A stretch of DNA of 64,000 bases, from contig JAOPTT010000004.1 in assembly GCA_051531975.1 (NCBI GenBank), positions 226,243 to 290,242 of the forward strand, given 5' to 3'. Every line of letters begins with the position of its first letter. The stretch's first letter is position 1. Source of the DNA: Spirochaetaceae bacterium (GTDB taxonomy: Bacteria; Spirochaetota; Spirochaetia; DSM-2461). Positions 9,775 to 20,616 of this stretch are shown in pieces. Both the position numbers and the translations under genes were made by a program. Under the pieces are notes generated by a model, which was given only the letters and a program-made list of their open reading frames with translations, was not told where the DNA came from and made no database searches.

Positions 9775-11610
9775 ATGTGCGGAATTGTTGGTTATATCGG
9801 CCCTCGGAAAGCTGTTTCTGTTTTAATGCAGGGACTTAAGCAGTTAGAATACAGAGGGTATGACTCTTCAGGTATTAGTGTTTTAAATACAGGAAACATT
9901 AAAACATTTAAAAGTATTGGTAAATTAGTTAATTTAGAATCAATTGTCCCAGAAAAAAGTCGAGCAAAATCTGGAATTGGTCATACACGTTGGGCAACCC
10001 ACGGTAAAGTAACAGATAAAAATGCCCATCCCCATATAAGTAATTGTGGAAAAATATCAGTTGTACATAATGGAATTATAGATAACTATATCACACTAAA
10101 AAAAGAATTAATAGATTTAGGTTATACATTTAATAGTGAAACTGATTCTGAGGTTTTAGTTCACTTAATTCATTCATATATAGAGAAAGGAAATGAACCC
10201 GTTGCATCGGTACAAAAGGCTTTAGAGCGTCTAGATGGAACCTATGGTGTTGTTGTTCTATTTGCTGAGCACCCAGATATGATAATAGGAGCAAGGAATG
10301 GTAGCCCATTAATTGTAGGTGTTGGTGATGGTGAAATGTTTTTAGGTTCAGATGCAACAGCTTTTATTGGTCTTTCAAAACAAGCGATATATTTAGACGA
10401 TGGTGAGTTAGTTGTTTTAACAGCAAAAAGTTATCAGACAATAAATAGGAATAATAAGGTTGTGGAGAAGGAGTTAGAAGCTATAGCTCTTGAAACGACA
10501 AAAACATTAAAAGGTGATTACCCTCATTTCTTTTTAAAAGAGATACATGAACAACCAGAATCTATTCGACGTGCAATTGGTGACGGAGGACGACTACTTC
10601 CTGAATTTGGTACGGCTAAACTTGGTGGTTTAAATCTAGATAAAAGAGATTTTTTTGATATTAAAAGAATACATATCATAGCTATGGGTTCTGCACTATA
10701 TTCTGGTATGGTTGGAGCATCTGTTATAGAGAATTTAGCACGAATACCAACACAAGTTTTTGATGCATCGGAACTTAGATATTCAAACCCAATTGTAGAT
10801 AAAGAGACTCTTTTTATTGCTGTTAGTCAGTCTGGAGAGACTGCGGATACTATTCTTGCAGTAAAAGAGATTCTTAACAAAGGTGGTAGGGTATTAGGAG
10901 TTATTAATAGTGTGGGATCTACTCTTGCTAGACTTACACATGGTGGAATGTATATTCATGCTGGGCAAGAGGTTTCTGTTGCCGCAACAAAATCTTTCTC
11001 TAATCAGATTACAGTATTAAACTTATTTGCATTAGTTTTAGGTCGAATGAGAGATGTTCCTTTAAGTCGTGGAAAAGAGTTAGTTCAACAACTTTTATCT
11101 TTACCAGATAAAGTAGAAGAAGCTCTTAAATGTAAAGAAATTGTAAAAAAAATTGCTTATAAATATAAAGATTCTAGTAGTATACTATTTTTAGCTAGAG
11201 GAACTAATTATCCTATAGCCTTAGAGGGAGCTCTAAAAGTTAAAGAGGTCAGTTATTTACATGCTGAAGGATTCTCTGCTGGAGGCCTGAAACATGGACC
11301 ATTAGCTCTTGTTTGTCCTGAAACTCCATCTGTATTTATTGTAACAGAGGGAGAATATTTTGAAAAAATGATAGGTAATATTCAAGAGGTTATAGCACGA
11401 GATGGTAAAGCTATTATTATAACTACATCAAAAGATAAGAGGTTAGAAGAACTAGCAGATGACTATATTCAGGTCCCTGAAATTGATGAACTTCTATCAC
11501 CATTATTAACTATTATCCCAATGCAGTTATTTTCGTATTATATATCTTTAGCGTTAGGTCGAGATATTGACCAACCAAGAAACTTAGCCAAAAGTGTAAC
11601 AACAGAATAG
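9775..11610 (+). CDS. glmS: Glutamine--fructose-6-phosphate transaminase (isomerizing)
   Basis: MCGIVG N-terminus, LEYRGYDS, GHTRWATHG, SQSGETAD and C-terminal DQPRNLAKSVT. Confidence 0.98.
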   Translation: MCGIVGYIGPRKAVSVLMQGLKQLEYRGYDSSGISVLNTGNIKTFKSIGKLVNLESIVPEKSRAKSGIGHTRWATHGKVTDKNAHPHISNCGKISVVHNGIIDNYITLKKELIDLGYTFNSETDSEVLVHLIHSYIEKGNEPVASVQKALERLDGTYGVVVLFAEHPDMIIGARNGSPLIVGVGDGEMFLGSDATAFIGLSKQAIYLDDGELVVLTAKSYQTINRNNKVVEKELEAIALETTKTLKGDYPHFFLKEIHEQPESIRRAIGDGGRLLPEFGTAKLGGLNLDKRDFFDIKRIHIIAMGSALYSGMVGASVIENLARIPTQVFDASELRYSNPIVDKETLFIAVSQSGETADTILAVKEILNKGGRVLGVINSVGSTLARLTHGGMYIHAGQEVSVAATKSFSNQITVLNLFALVLGRMRDVPLSRGKELVQQLLSLPDKVEEALKCKEIVKKIAYKYKDSSSILFLARGTNYPIALEGALKVKEVSYLHAEGFSAGGLKHGPLALVCPETPSVFIVTEGEYFEKMIGNIQEVIARDGKAIIITTSKDKRLEELADDYIQVPEIDELLSPLLTIIPMQLFSYYISLALGRDIDQPRNLAKSVTTE

Positions 11611-11621
11611 AAGGATAGTAT

Positions 11622-14378
11622 ATGAAAAGGTTTTTCCAGTTAGTGCTTATATTTACTGTTTCAGTTAATTTATGGGCTCAGTATGACCCGTCTACTAATT
11701 GGAAAAAACTTAAGACAGAGCATTTTAATATCGTTTTTGATTCCAGAATCGAAAACGATGCACAAAAAATAGCAAATGATATGGAGTTCTTATATAAATC
11801 GTTAACTGAAGATATGGGTGGAACAATAGATAGATATACAATTGTTCTTCCTGCTGATCTTGTAGATAGTAATGGTTATGTTAGTTCAATAAATAACACC
11901 AGTGTCTTTTATTCTGTTCCTCCTATTGATGCCTTTGCTGGATCTGTGGAATGGTATCGAATATTAACCATTCATGAGACTAGACATATGGCCCAGTATT
12001 CTAATATCAGAAATTCTGTTCTTCAAAAAATATTGGAAATTCTATTTGGTTCTGGAGGTGTCTTAGGTGCAGTTTTAATACCCTCATATTTTTATGAGGG
12101 GGATGCTATTTTATCAGAAACACTGTTAACGGATTATGGGCGGGGAAGATCCCCTAATTTTGAACGTTCATTAAGAACAATTTTATTAAACAATAAAGAG
12201 TATTCCTTTGCAAAAGCATTTCATGGATCAAATAAAGATTATTATCCAAACGAATATGTATTAGGTTATTATCTAATGACCAATTTAAAAAAAGAGTTTG
12301 GCTTCGATATTTTAGAAAAAATAAGTTCTGCTGCTGGTAATAACCCGCTGCCTATGAACTTCTCTGCTGCAGCAGCTAAAGAGACAGGAAAGTCTATTGT
12401 TTCAGTTTATAAAGATACAATGTCTGAATTAAAACAGTTATGGACAGAACAAGATAATAAGGTTAAACCTACAAAAACAGATGTTATTTCTTTACCTAAA
12501 AAAGTAAGATTTTCAAACTTAAAGTACCCAACAATAGGGTCTGATGGTAATTTACTCTATCTAGAGTATCATTATGACCGTGATGTAGCATATAAGCAGT
12601 TTTTAGTTTCCCAGTCTACAAATGACAAAGTTGAACATATAGCTCTATATGGTGATTTTTCAGAATTTAATTCCAATGTAATTTATTCTAGTTTTGCATA
12701 TAATTCTAGATGGAGTTATACTGAGTATTCCAACATTCATAAATATAACTTAAACACTAAAACAAACGTAACATTAACAAAAAAACAGCGCTATTTTAAT
12801 CCTGTATATTCTAAAAATGGGGAAATAATCGCTGCTATAGAGCACTCTACGAATAGGATTGTTTCTATTGTGTTATTAGATTCAGAATCAGGAAACTTAA
12901 TAAAAAAGGTAGAACTTAATAATGTTGATATGGTCACTGGTCTGTCTTGGGGTGATAATGGTAATATTGCTATTTCGGCAATAAACTCCCAAGGTAGTTT
13001 TATTGGAATATTAGAACCAGATTCTACAGAGATAACTTTTATTACAGAACCTGATAATTTAGAGAGAAGCTTTCCCATACTATATGAAGATAAAATACTG
13101 TTTTTAACTTCTTATTCAGGGATTGAAAATATACATGCTATAGATCTAAATACCAAAGAAGAATTTCAATTAGTTTCAACTCGATTTGGAGCAAACTATC
13201 CAGAAGTAAAAGGTGATGTCTTATATTTTTCTAGCTATGGTTTAGATGGCTATAGTATAACTAGTCTTGAATTAAAAAGTTCGGATTGGATTCCTTTAGA
13301 TATAATAAAACAAGATCATGTCGACTATTTTAAGCCACTTGTAAATGATGATAAAACCCCTATATCTGAAGATCAAGAATTTATTGAGTATAATTCTGAA
13401 AAATATAACCCATATACCCATTTAATTGATGTTCATAGTTGGGTACTAAATCCTTTTATTCCTGTAATAACAAATACAGACCTTTATAATGCAGAAACAG
13501 AAACTTATTTTGATACTATGGAGTTGGTACTGTTTTCTGATGATCATTTAGATTATTTAAGTTTAATTGGATATGGGCATTATAAAATATCTACTGAATC
13601 ATGGGACTTTGGCTTAGAAGCAGCCTTTTCTGGACTTTATCCTGAAGTAACATTGGATATAGATCTTTACTCCGATGAATTGGGTTCTGGTCTTACTACA
13701 TTAGAAGTTGACTTTACTAGTTATATTCCATTTGACTTTTCAACTTCATCTAGGGCGACGATTTATTCTATAGGTATAAGTCCCTACCATTATCAGGACT
13801 TTTCTGCTGATTATATATATACAAAAATGTATTACTTTATAGATCTGTCTATATTAGATGCCTCTGGCTTTGAATTAGATATTCAGTTACTTTTTGGACA
13901 CGGAATTGATATAGATGAAGATAATACATTAGGGCTGATTTCAGAATTTCAACTCCCTGGTTTTTATGGAAACCAGACTCTTTCAATTACAAGTGAACAA
14001 AAAGTAAATGTAGAAGGCTATTCCTCGGTTACTAGTTCCTTGTTGAGCTTGGTTGATGATTCGCTTTTAACACTTGATTTAGAAGAAACGGCTTTTATGT
14101 CATATCAAAGTCTAAAATATAATACACCATTCTTTTATCCTGATCTTTCAATATTTAATTGGGCTTATTTAACAAATTTCACATTCTCGGCAGGATATGA
14201 ATCTATTTTTTCTTTAGATTCCGATTATAATAGCCTAGCGTTTGGTGAAATATCTATGGGTTATTTTTTATTAAGGATCCCAATAGAGTTATCTACAAGT
14301 TTTACATATTTTTATAATATAGATGCTGAAACTTGGGACTATAAGTTCAATCCTATAAACTTTGATTATTCAATATGA
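11622..14378 (+). CDS. Exported protein: zincin-like (HExxH) domain, TolB-like beta-propeller and putative beta-barrel
   Basis: Signal peptide; HETRH plus downstream FYEGDA; propeller-like repeats (YFNPVYSKNG); amphipathic aromatic-rich C-terminal strands. Confidence 0.6.
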   Translation: MKRFFQLVLIFTVSVNLWAQYDPSTNWKKLKTEHFNIVFDSRIENDAQKIANDMEFLYKSLTEDMGGTIDRYTIVLPADLVDSNGYVSSINNTSVFYSVPPIDAFAGSVEWYRILTIHETRHMAQYSNIRNSVLQKILEILFGSGGVLGAVLIPSYFYEGDAILSETLLTDYGRGRSPNFERSLRTILLNNKEYSFAKAFHGSNKDYYPNEYVLGYYLMTNLKKEFGFDILEKISSAAGNNPLPMNFSAAAAKETGKSIVSVYKDTMSELKQLWTEQDNKVKPTKTDVISLPKKVRFSNLKYPTIGSDGNLLYLEYHYDRDVAYKQFLVSQSTNDKVEHIALYGDFSEFNSNVIYSSFAYNSRWSYTEYSNIHKYNLNTKTNVTLTKKQRYFNPVYSKNGEIIAAIEHSTNRIVSIVLLDSESGNLIKKVELNNVDMVTGLSWGDNGNIAISAINSQGSFIGILEPDSTEITFITEPDNLERSFPILYEDKILFLTSYSGIENIHAIDLNTKEEFQLVSTRFGANYPEVKGDVLYFSSYGLDGYSITSLELKSSDWIPLDIIKQDHVDYFKPLVNDDKTPISEDQEFIEYNSEKYNPYTHLIDVHSWVLNPFIPVITNTDLYNAETETYFDTMELVLFSDDHLDYLSLIGYGHYKISTESWDFGLEAAFSGLYPEVTLDIDLYSDELGSGLTTLEVDFTSYIPFDFSTSSRATIYSIGISPYHYQDFSADYIYTKMYYFIDLSILDASGFELDIQLLFGHGIDIDEDNTLGLISEFQLPGFYGNQTLSITSEQKVNVEGYSSVTSSLLSLVDDSLLTLDLEETAFMSYQSLKYNTPFFYPDLSIFNWAYLTNFTFSAGYESIFSLDSDYNSLAFGEISMGYFLLRIPIELSTSFTYFYNIDAETWDYKFNPINFDYSI

Positions 14379-14470
14379 TAATTCTGATTTGTACTATTAC
14401 AAATAATTAACTTGCAGGCAGTGGCTCAAATGGTTAAACTACAAAGAAGTTTGCAAACAAGGGAGAATAC

Positions 14471-16444
14471 GTGAATTACAAAGAAATATTTATCCAAATA
14501 ATGACACCACCCAAAAAGAAGGTAGATAAGAAATGGTATTTTGCCCCACTTATACCTGCTGTTTTATGGGTTATATTCTCTTTTATATCATTATTTACAA
14601 TTAATTTTAGTGTTATATCAGATCCATTTGTTTTAATCTCTATTCTTTCTAGGTTTCTATTTCCTATATATTCTATTTATTTTATTAAAAAATTCTATTA
14701 TACCGGAAAATTAAGAAGTTTAGATTATAACCATATGTTAAATTTTATTGGTTACAGTATCTCTATTACTTACGTTTCATATATGTTACCAGCTGTGGTT
14801 TTAGATTTTTATCAAAGTGGTACCCCATCTCTAGTTTTCACAGTATTAGTTATTTTATCTGCTCTGTGTCCCATGGTTCTTTATTTACTACTTAGAAGCG
14901 GGGTGGTTAAATTAGCGTCTACTTATTTTACTTCCGAGGATATTTTAAACCAAAAGAAATCAAAAAAAGATAAAAAACTAAAAAAGCAGCTTCATAAAAA
15001 ATTAAGAAAGCAGCGGAGTTTTCTTCAGAATGTTTGGTTTGAAGCATTAGACCCTTTGATGTGGGCAATTTTATGGGTACTTATTATTAATAACTCAATT
15101 TTCCAGCTATACGAAATTCCATCTTCTTCGATGGTTCCAGAGTTTCTTGTAAAAGATAGGGTTGTGGCAAGCAAACTATTTAGTGGTCCTGCTATTCCAT
15201 TAACAAAATATCACCTTCCCGAGCTTTCTAAACCAAAAGTTGGCGATATCGTAACATTTAATAACCCAAAGGTTGACGATGTAGATTCTGATCTTCATTA
15301 TAAAAATGTATTTACTAGAATTTTCCAACCTTTTGTTTTTATGTTGTCTTTTTCTAAATTGGATATTGATACTGATGATTATGGTAATCCAAAGGCTAGG
15401 CAACTTGTAAAAAGAGTAATCGCAGTGCCTGGAGAAAAAATCTCCATGGTTAATGATAAGGTTTATAAGAAAGTTCAAGGTGGAGAGTGGACTTTAATGA
15501 GTGATATCCCTGGTCAAAAAGAGTGGGGACATAATGATCTTTTTGAATTAGATAGTAAAAATAGTGGAGTTCAGTATATGAACCCTAAACTAAGAGAAGA
15601 GCTTGATCTGGCTGCTGAGTTAGTCTTGGAAAGTAACGCTACAAACTTAGAACGTGAATTAGAAGTTCAGAAAGATAAATTCCTAGAGCACCTTAGATTA
15701 GTAGATACTGTTCCATTTTTAAATACTTTAATGTCATATAATAGAACAAACTCATCTAGGATAATAGAAATATTAGAAGGTTTAGGGACTAATTATGGTC
15801 AGATGATGCAAGTTAATAGAGCAGATGCACCTTTAAAGTATAAGAAAGCTGCTTTTGACTCTTTTAATGAAAATTTAGAACGATATGAGTTATGGGTATA
15901 TTCCCAAAAAATAAATGAACTTGGTGTTTATTTACAAGATGGTCCAGATCTAATGAATAATAGATTAAGTACTAATGTATCCATACCCTCCGATGCTTCT
16001 CCATATGAATCCTTTGTAATAAAACTTAATGCATTAACAAAATTAAAATCACTTATACTATTTAACCAAATTTTGGAAACTGGTGAGCTTAAAAATGGTA
16101 GTACAATAAATAAAGAATTAAAAGCTCTATCTATTTATACCAAAGGATTGGAGCTTGGATTAGATTCTCCGATGTCTTTCTTTGGGCAGGGTAATTTACC
16201 AGAATATCCTGCAGGTACAGACAATTATATTTCGGAAAATGAATATTTTGTATTAGGTGATAATAGATATAATTCATTAGATAGTAGAATGGGTGATCTT
16301 ACATACTCTGTTCCTTTAGCACCAGGAGACGTTTTCTCTGAGAATGTTATTGTTAGTTGGGAGCCTCATACAATTGATAGTAAATATATACATGGTAAGG
16401 TGAAACTAATTCTATTCCCATTTACTCACTTCAAGCTTTTTTAA
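14471..16444 (+). CDS. lepB: Signal peptidase I with extra N-terminal TM domain and internal insertion
   Basis: IPSSSMVP (catalytic Ser), VKRVIAVPG (catalytic Lys) and GDNRYNSLDSR box E. Confidence 0.9.
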   Translation: MNYKEIFIQIMTPPKKKVDKKWYFAPLIPAVLWVIFSFISLFTINFSVISDPFVLISILSRFLFPIYSIYFIKKFYYTGKLRSLDYNHMLNFIGYSISITYVSYMLPAVVLDFYQSGTPSLVFTVLVILSALCPMVLYLLLRSGVVKLASTYFTSEDILNQKKSKKDKKLKKQLHKKLRKQRSFLQNVWFEALDPLMWAILWVLIINNSIFQLYEIPSSSMVPEFLVKDRVVASKLFSGPAIPLTKYHLPELSKPKVGDIVTFNNPKVDDVDSDLHYKNVFTRIFQPFVFMLSFSKLDIDTDDYGNPKARQLVKRVIAVPGEKISMVNDKVYKKVQGGEWTLMSDIPGQKEWGHNDLFELDSKNSGVQYMNPKLREELDLAAELVLESNATNLERELEVQKDKFLEHLRLVDTVPFLNTLMSYNRTNSSRIIEILEGLGTNYGQMMQVNRADAPLKYKKAAFDSFNENLERYELWVYSQKINELGVYLQDGPDLMNNRLSTNVSIPSDASPYESFVIKLNALTKLKSLILFNQILETGELKNGSTINKELKALSIYTKGLELGLDSPMSFFGQGNLPEYPAGTDNYISENEYFVLGDNRYNSLDSRMGDLTYSVPLAPGDVFSENVIVSWEPHTIDSKYIHGKVKLILFPFTHFKLF

Positions 16445-16568
16445 GCCTTTTTTATTAAATATTTATTAAATAAAGTACTTTTTTAGTACTTTTTATAAAT
16501 AGTTAGTTGACGTTGGAAACTTATTGCCTCATTATAGATATATAAGATAAAAATATCAGGAGGGATAC

Positions 16569-19073
16569 ATGAGTATTCAAGAACAAAATAGCTACGGATA
16601 TTTCGATGACGCCAAAAGAGAATATGTTATCACAAGACCAGATACACCACTTCCATGGTTAAACTACCTTGGACAAGACGACTACTTTGGGCTCTGCTCA
16701 AATACAGCTGGTGGTTACACTTTCTGGAAAGATGCAAAACTAAGAAGATTAACAAGATATAGATATAACAATGTACCCTACGATTTAGGTGGAAGATACC
16801 TATATATTAACGATAATGGATCTGTATGGAATCCAGGTTGGAAACCAGTAAAAGCTGCAGATGTTAAATATGAATGTAGACATGGTATGGGTTATTCCAC
16901 TATTACTGGAGAGAAAGATGGTTTAAAAGTAGAAACTACTTACTTTGTTCCAACTAAAGAGAATTTAGAAATATGGAAAGTAAAAGTAACCAATACATCT
17001 AAAGTAAGAAAAACTCCAACTATTTTTTCCTACCAAGAGTTTTGTTTCTTTGATGCATTAAACGATATGAATAACCTTCAAAGAACACTTTCTATTGGTG
17101 AAGTAGAAGTAGACGGAAACGCTATTTACCACAAAACTGAATATAGAGAGAGAAGAGATCATTATACACTGTTTGCTTCTACTAAAGACATTGCAGGTTT
17201 TGATACAAGTAGAGATGCTTTTGTTGGTATCCATGAAGGTCTACATGAAGCAAAAGTACCATTTGCTGGAAAATGTACAAACTCAGAAGCATTTGGTTGG
17301 AATCCAATCGCAACATTACAACATGATTTTGATCTTGCTCCAGGTGAATCTGAAGAGTATTCTTACCTTTTATCCTATGTTGAACAAGGTGAAGAGAAGA
17401 AATTTGATGCTCCAATGGTTATGAATAAATCTATAGGTAAAGCTATAATAGAGAAGTGGTCGAAGCCAGGTGCTGTTGATGCTGCTATTAAAAACCTAGC
17501 AAATACTTGGGACGATTTGTTAAATACATTCCAAGTTGATACACCTAATGAACATGCATCTAGAATGGTTAATGTTTGGAATCAGTATCAGTGTATGGCA
17601 ACATTTAATATGAGCCGTTCAGCTTCAATGTTTGAAGTAGGAATTGGTCGAGGTATGGGTTTTAGAGACTCTAATCAGGATTTATTAGGTTTTATACATA
17701 TGGTACCTTCAAAAGGTCGTAGAAGAATATTAGATATTGCTGCTACCCAGTTATCTGATGGTACATGTTTCCATCAGTACCAACCTTTAACTAAAAAAGG
17801 GAATGCTGAAGTTGGTGGTGATTTTTACGATGATCATTTATGGTTAGTTCTTTCCACAGCTGCATATATAAAAGAGACTGGAGACATCTCTATATTAGAT
17901 GAACCAATTGGATATGCAGATAAAGAGTATCAGGTTGGAGAAGTTGGATTTGATGGTGAACCTAGATTAATTAATGCTGAAACTTTATTACACCACTTAG
18001 AGACTTCAATTGCATATACTATGAAAAAACGTGGACCACATGGTCTTCCTTTAATAGGACATGCAGACTGGAATGATTGTCTAAACCTTAACTGTTTCTC
18101 TACTGAACCAAATGAGAGTTTTCAGCTTGCTGGTGACGTTGATGGATCAAATGCAGAATCTGTACAGATCGCGGGTCTATTTTTATATGCAGCTAGAGAG
18201 TTTGCAGATTTATACAAATTCATGAAAAGAGATAACGATGCTGAAAGAATTTTAGCAGACTACAATACTATGCTTGATATTGTTGAGACTAAAGCCTGGG
18301 ATGGAGAGTGGTATACTAGAGCATTTGATGCTGCTGGAAACCCTGTTGGTTCTAAAGAAAACAAAGAGGGGCAGATCTACATCGAAAGTCAAGGTTGGTG
18401 TGTCTTAGGTGGTGCTGGAGCTACTGGTAAATATGCAGGCAGAGCTAAACAAGCTTTAGAAAGTGTTCACCAGCAGTTGTATACTAAAAATGGTATTGTA
18501 TTACAACAACCAGCATATACTGAATATGATCTGAACTTAGGTGAAGTTACATCTTATCCTCCTGGTGTGAAGGAAAATGCTGGTATCTTCTGTCACAACA
18601 ATACTTGGATTCACCTTGCATGGTGTTTAATGGGTGATGGTGATAGAGCTTTAGAATATTATTTATCAATTTGTCCTAGTGCTAAACAGGATCAGATAGA
18701 GACTTATAGATCAGAACCTTATGTATATGCTCAGATGTTAGCAGGTAAAGATGCATCTTGTTTTGGTGAGGCTAAAAACTCATGGTTAACAGGAACAGCT
18801 GCCTGGACATTTGTATCTGTTTCCCAGGGTATTTTAGGTATTAAACCTCAGTTTGACGGTTTAAAAATTGAACCTTGTATTCCAGGATCATGGGAAGGTT
18901 ACTCTGTAAGAAGAGAGTTCCGAGATGCTGTATATCTAATAAAAGTTGAAAACCCAAATAGTGTTTGCACTGGTGTTAAAAAGCTAGTTGTAGATGGCCA
19001 AGAGATTGTAGGTGATGTAATCCCAACATTTGGTGATAACAAAGAACACAACGTTGTTGTAACCCTAGGTTAA
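16569..19073 (+). CDS. Cellobiose phosphorylase (GH94)
   Basis: GRGMGFRDSNQDLLG, ADWNDCLNLNCFS, KENAGIFCHNN and NSWLTGTAAW motifs; promoter TTGACG-N17-CATTAT at 16507-16535; RBS AGGAGG. Confidence 0.88.
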   Translation: MSIQEQNSYGYFDDAKREYVITRPDTPLPWLNYLGQDDYFGLCSNTAGGYTFWKDAKLRRLTRYRYNNVPYDLGGRYLYINDNGSVWNPGWKPVKAADVKYECRHGMGYSTITGEKDGLKVETTYFVPTKENLEIWKVKVTNTSKVRKTPTIFSYQEFCFFDALNDMNNLQRTLSIGEVEVDGNAIYHKTEYRERRDHYTLFASTKDIAGFDTSRDAFVGIHEGLHEAKVPFAGKCTNSEAFGWNPIATLQHDFDLAPGESEEYSYLLSYVEQGEEKKFDAPMVMNKSIGKAIIEKWSKPGAVDAAIKNLANTWDDLLNTFQVDTPNEHASRMVNVWNQYQCMATFNMSRSASMFEVGIGRGMGFRDSNQDLLGFIHMVPSKGRRRILDIAATQLSDGTCFHQYQPLTKKGNAEVGGDFYDDHLWLVLSTAAYIKETGDISILDEPIGYADKEYQVGEVGFDGEPRLINAETLLHHLETSIAYTMKKRGPHGLPLIGHADWNDCLNLNCFSTEPNESFQLAGDVDGSNAESVQIAGLFLYAAREFADLYKFMKRDNDAERILADYNTMLDIVETKAWDGEWYTRAFDAAGNPVGSKENKEGQIYIESQGWCVLGGAGATGKYAGRAKQALESVHQQLYTKNGIVLQQPAYTEYDLNLGEVTSYPPGVKENAGIFCHNNTWIHLAWCLMGDGDRALEYYLSICPSAKQDQIETYRSEPYVYAQMLAGKDASCFGEAKNSWLTGTAAWTFVSVSQGILGIKPQFDGLKIEPCIPGSWEGYSVRREFRDAVYLIKVENPNSVCTGVKKLVVDGQEIVGDVIPTFGDNKEHNVVVTLG

Positions 19074-19086
19074 ACAAAAATCTCCT

Positions 19087-19130
19087 GTATAACCGGAGGA
19101 AAATTCTCCGGTTATACTTCCTTTCTTTCT
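19087..19130 (+). terminator. Intrinsic terminator
   Basis: GTATAACCGGAG / CTCCGGTTATAC 12-bp stem followed by a T-rich tract. Confidence 0.8.
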
Positions 19131-19184
19131 AAAAACTGAACTTTTTGTGCATAGTTACCGATACTAAAATATGAGGAGTTAACA

Positions 19185-19379
19185 ATGTTAAAGCTTAATA
19201 GTTCAAAAACAGTTCATGTCAAAAAGTTTAAAGTAGCTCTTGAAGTCTTAAAAGAAGAGTTGTCAGTTTTAGGGTTTGCCAGAAAGTATAAAATCAATCC
19301 TAAAGAAGCTAGAGAATTTAAAAAATGGTGTCACGAAACATACTATTATAAGTCATATAAAACTCCATCTCATAGCTAG
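19185..19379 (+). CDS. Small protein resembling the IS3 OrfA/transposase N-terminal HTH
   Basis: RBS GAGGAG; KFKVALEVLKEELSVLGFARKYKINP pattern; hairpin GAGTCCATAA/TTATGGATTC downstream. Confidence 0.55.
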   Translation: MLKLNSSKTVHVKKFKVALEVLKEELSVLGFARKYKINPKEAREFKKWCHETYYYKSYKTPSHS

Positions 19380-19614
19380 TTTGGTAAATATATTCAACTA
19401 ATAAACTAAGAGTCCATAATCTTAAGTGTTAACCTTATGGATTCTCTCTATTTTTCGCGTGTAATATTCGTCACAAATCTAATCTTCATGTATAAAATTT
19501 AGTAATATTCTCTAAAAAACGATTTACCAAAATTAAATTCGTTATATGTTGATTATACCTCTTTTTTTAGTCTATACTTCATAGAAATAATCCAGTATAA
19601 GGTGAATTAGATAT

Positions 19615-20616
19615 ATGAGTAATGCAATAGAAGAGACAGTTAATGTTCATAGAAAAGGTACCTGGTTAACTGTCCGAGAAGATGTAAAGATAGTGGATTG
19701 TACAATTAGAGACGGTGGGTTAGTAAACGATTATCATTTTTCAGATGAGTTTGTTAAAGCTGTCTACGATACTTGTGTTGTATGTGGGGTAGATTATTTC
19801 GAAATAGGAAAGATTGTTTCTAAAACCGTAATGAGTCCAGATGAATATGGACCATGGAATTTCTGTGAAGAAGAGGATATTAGACGTATTGTTGGGAATA
19901 ATGATACTGATATGAAAATAGCAGTAATGGCTGATATTGGCAGAACCTTTAAAGAGGAGATCATTCCAAAATCAGAAAGTGTTGTAGATATGATTCGAGT
20001 TGCTTGTTATATACATCAGATTCCAGCAGCTTTAGATATTGTAGAAGATGCACATGCAAAAGGATACGAGACAACTGTAAATTTAATGGCTATATCAAAG
20101 ATCTCAGACTCTAATTTAGATGAAGCTTTAACTTTAATTAGCAAATCTAATGTCGATATAATATATCTTGTTGATAGTTATGGAACATTTTATTCTGAGC
20201 AGATTAGAGAGTTAACAGTTAAGTATACAGAGCTTGCTAAAGCTTGTAATAAAAGTATTGGTATTCATGCCCATAATAACCAGCAATTAGCATATGCAAA
20301 TACTATAGAGTCTATGATTGGTGGTACTAGTTATTTAGATGCAACTATTGCAGGTTTAGGCCGTGGTGCAGGTAATTGCCCTATGGAACTTCTATTTGGG
20401 TTTCTAAGAAATCCAAAGTTTAGAATATTGCCACTACTAGATTTTATACAAGAATATATAATTCCATTAAAAAAAGAGATTAACTGGGGTTATGATATTC
20501 CCTTTATGATAACTGGACAACTAAATGAACACCCAAGGTCTGCAATTGGTTTTAACAAACACAGAAGAACAGACTATAAAAAATTATATAACGAATTAAC
20601 TGACGCCGAGGAGTAA
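19615..20616 (+). CDS. DRE-TIM metallolyase, 4-hydroxy-2-oxovalerate aldolase-like
   Basis: DCTIRDGG, VDSYG, GIHAHNN and GLGRGAGN motifs. Confidence 0.8.
   Translation: MSNAIEETVNVHRKGTWLTVREDVKIVDCTIRDGGLVNDYHFSDEFVKAVYDTCVVCGVDYFEIGKIVSKTVMSPDEYGPWNFCEEEDIRRIVGNNDTDMKIAVMADIGRTFKEEIIPKSESVVDMIRVACYIHQIPAALDIVEDAHAKGYETTVNLMAISKISDSNLDEALTLISKSNVDIIYLVDSYGTFYSEQIRELTVKYTELAKACNKSIGIHAHNNQQLAYANTIESMIGGTSYLDATIAGLGRGAGNCPMELLFGFLRNPKFRILPLLDFIQEYIIPLKKEINWGYDIPFMITGQLNEHPRSAIGFNKHRRTDYKKLYNELTDAEE

Noticed and set aside
9340..9775. glmS ribozyme upstream of glmS
   Set aside because: No AGCGC cleavage-site or GACGAGG core is visible, and a coding ORF occupies the immediate upstream region.
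16473..16495. AGTACTTTTT direct repeat upstream of the cellobiose phosphorylase gene
   Set aside because: Short, AT-rich and found at one locus only; chance or a weak terminator cannot be excluded.
19185..19614. Intact IS3 element
   Set aside because: No DDE OrfB, terminal inverted repeats or target duplication.
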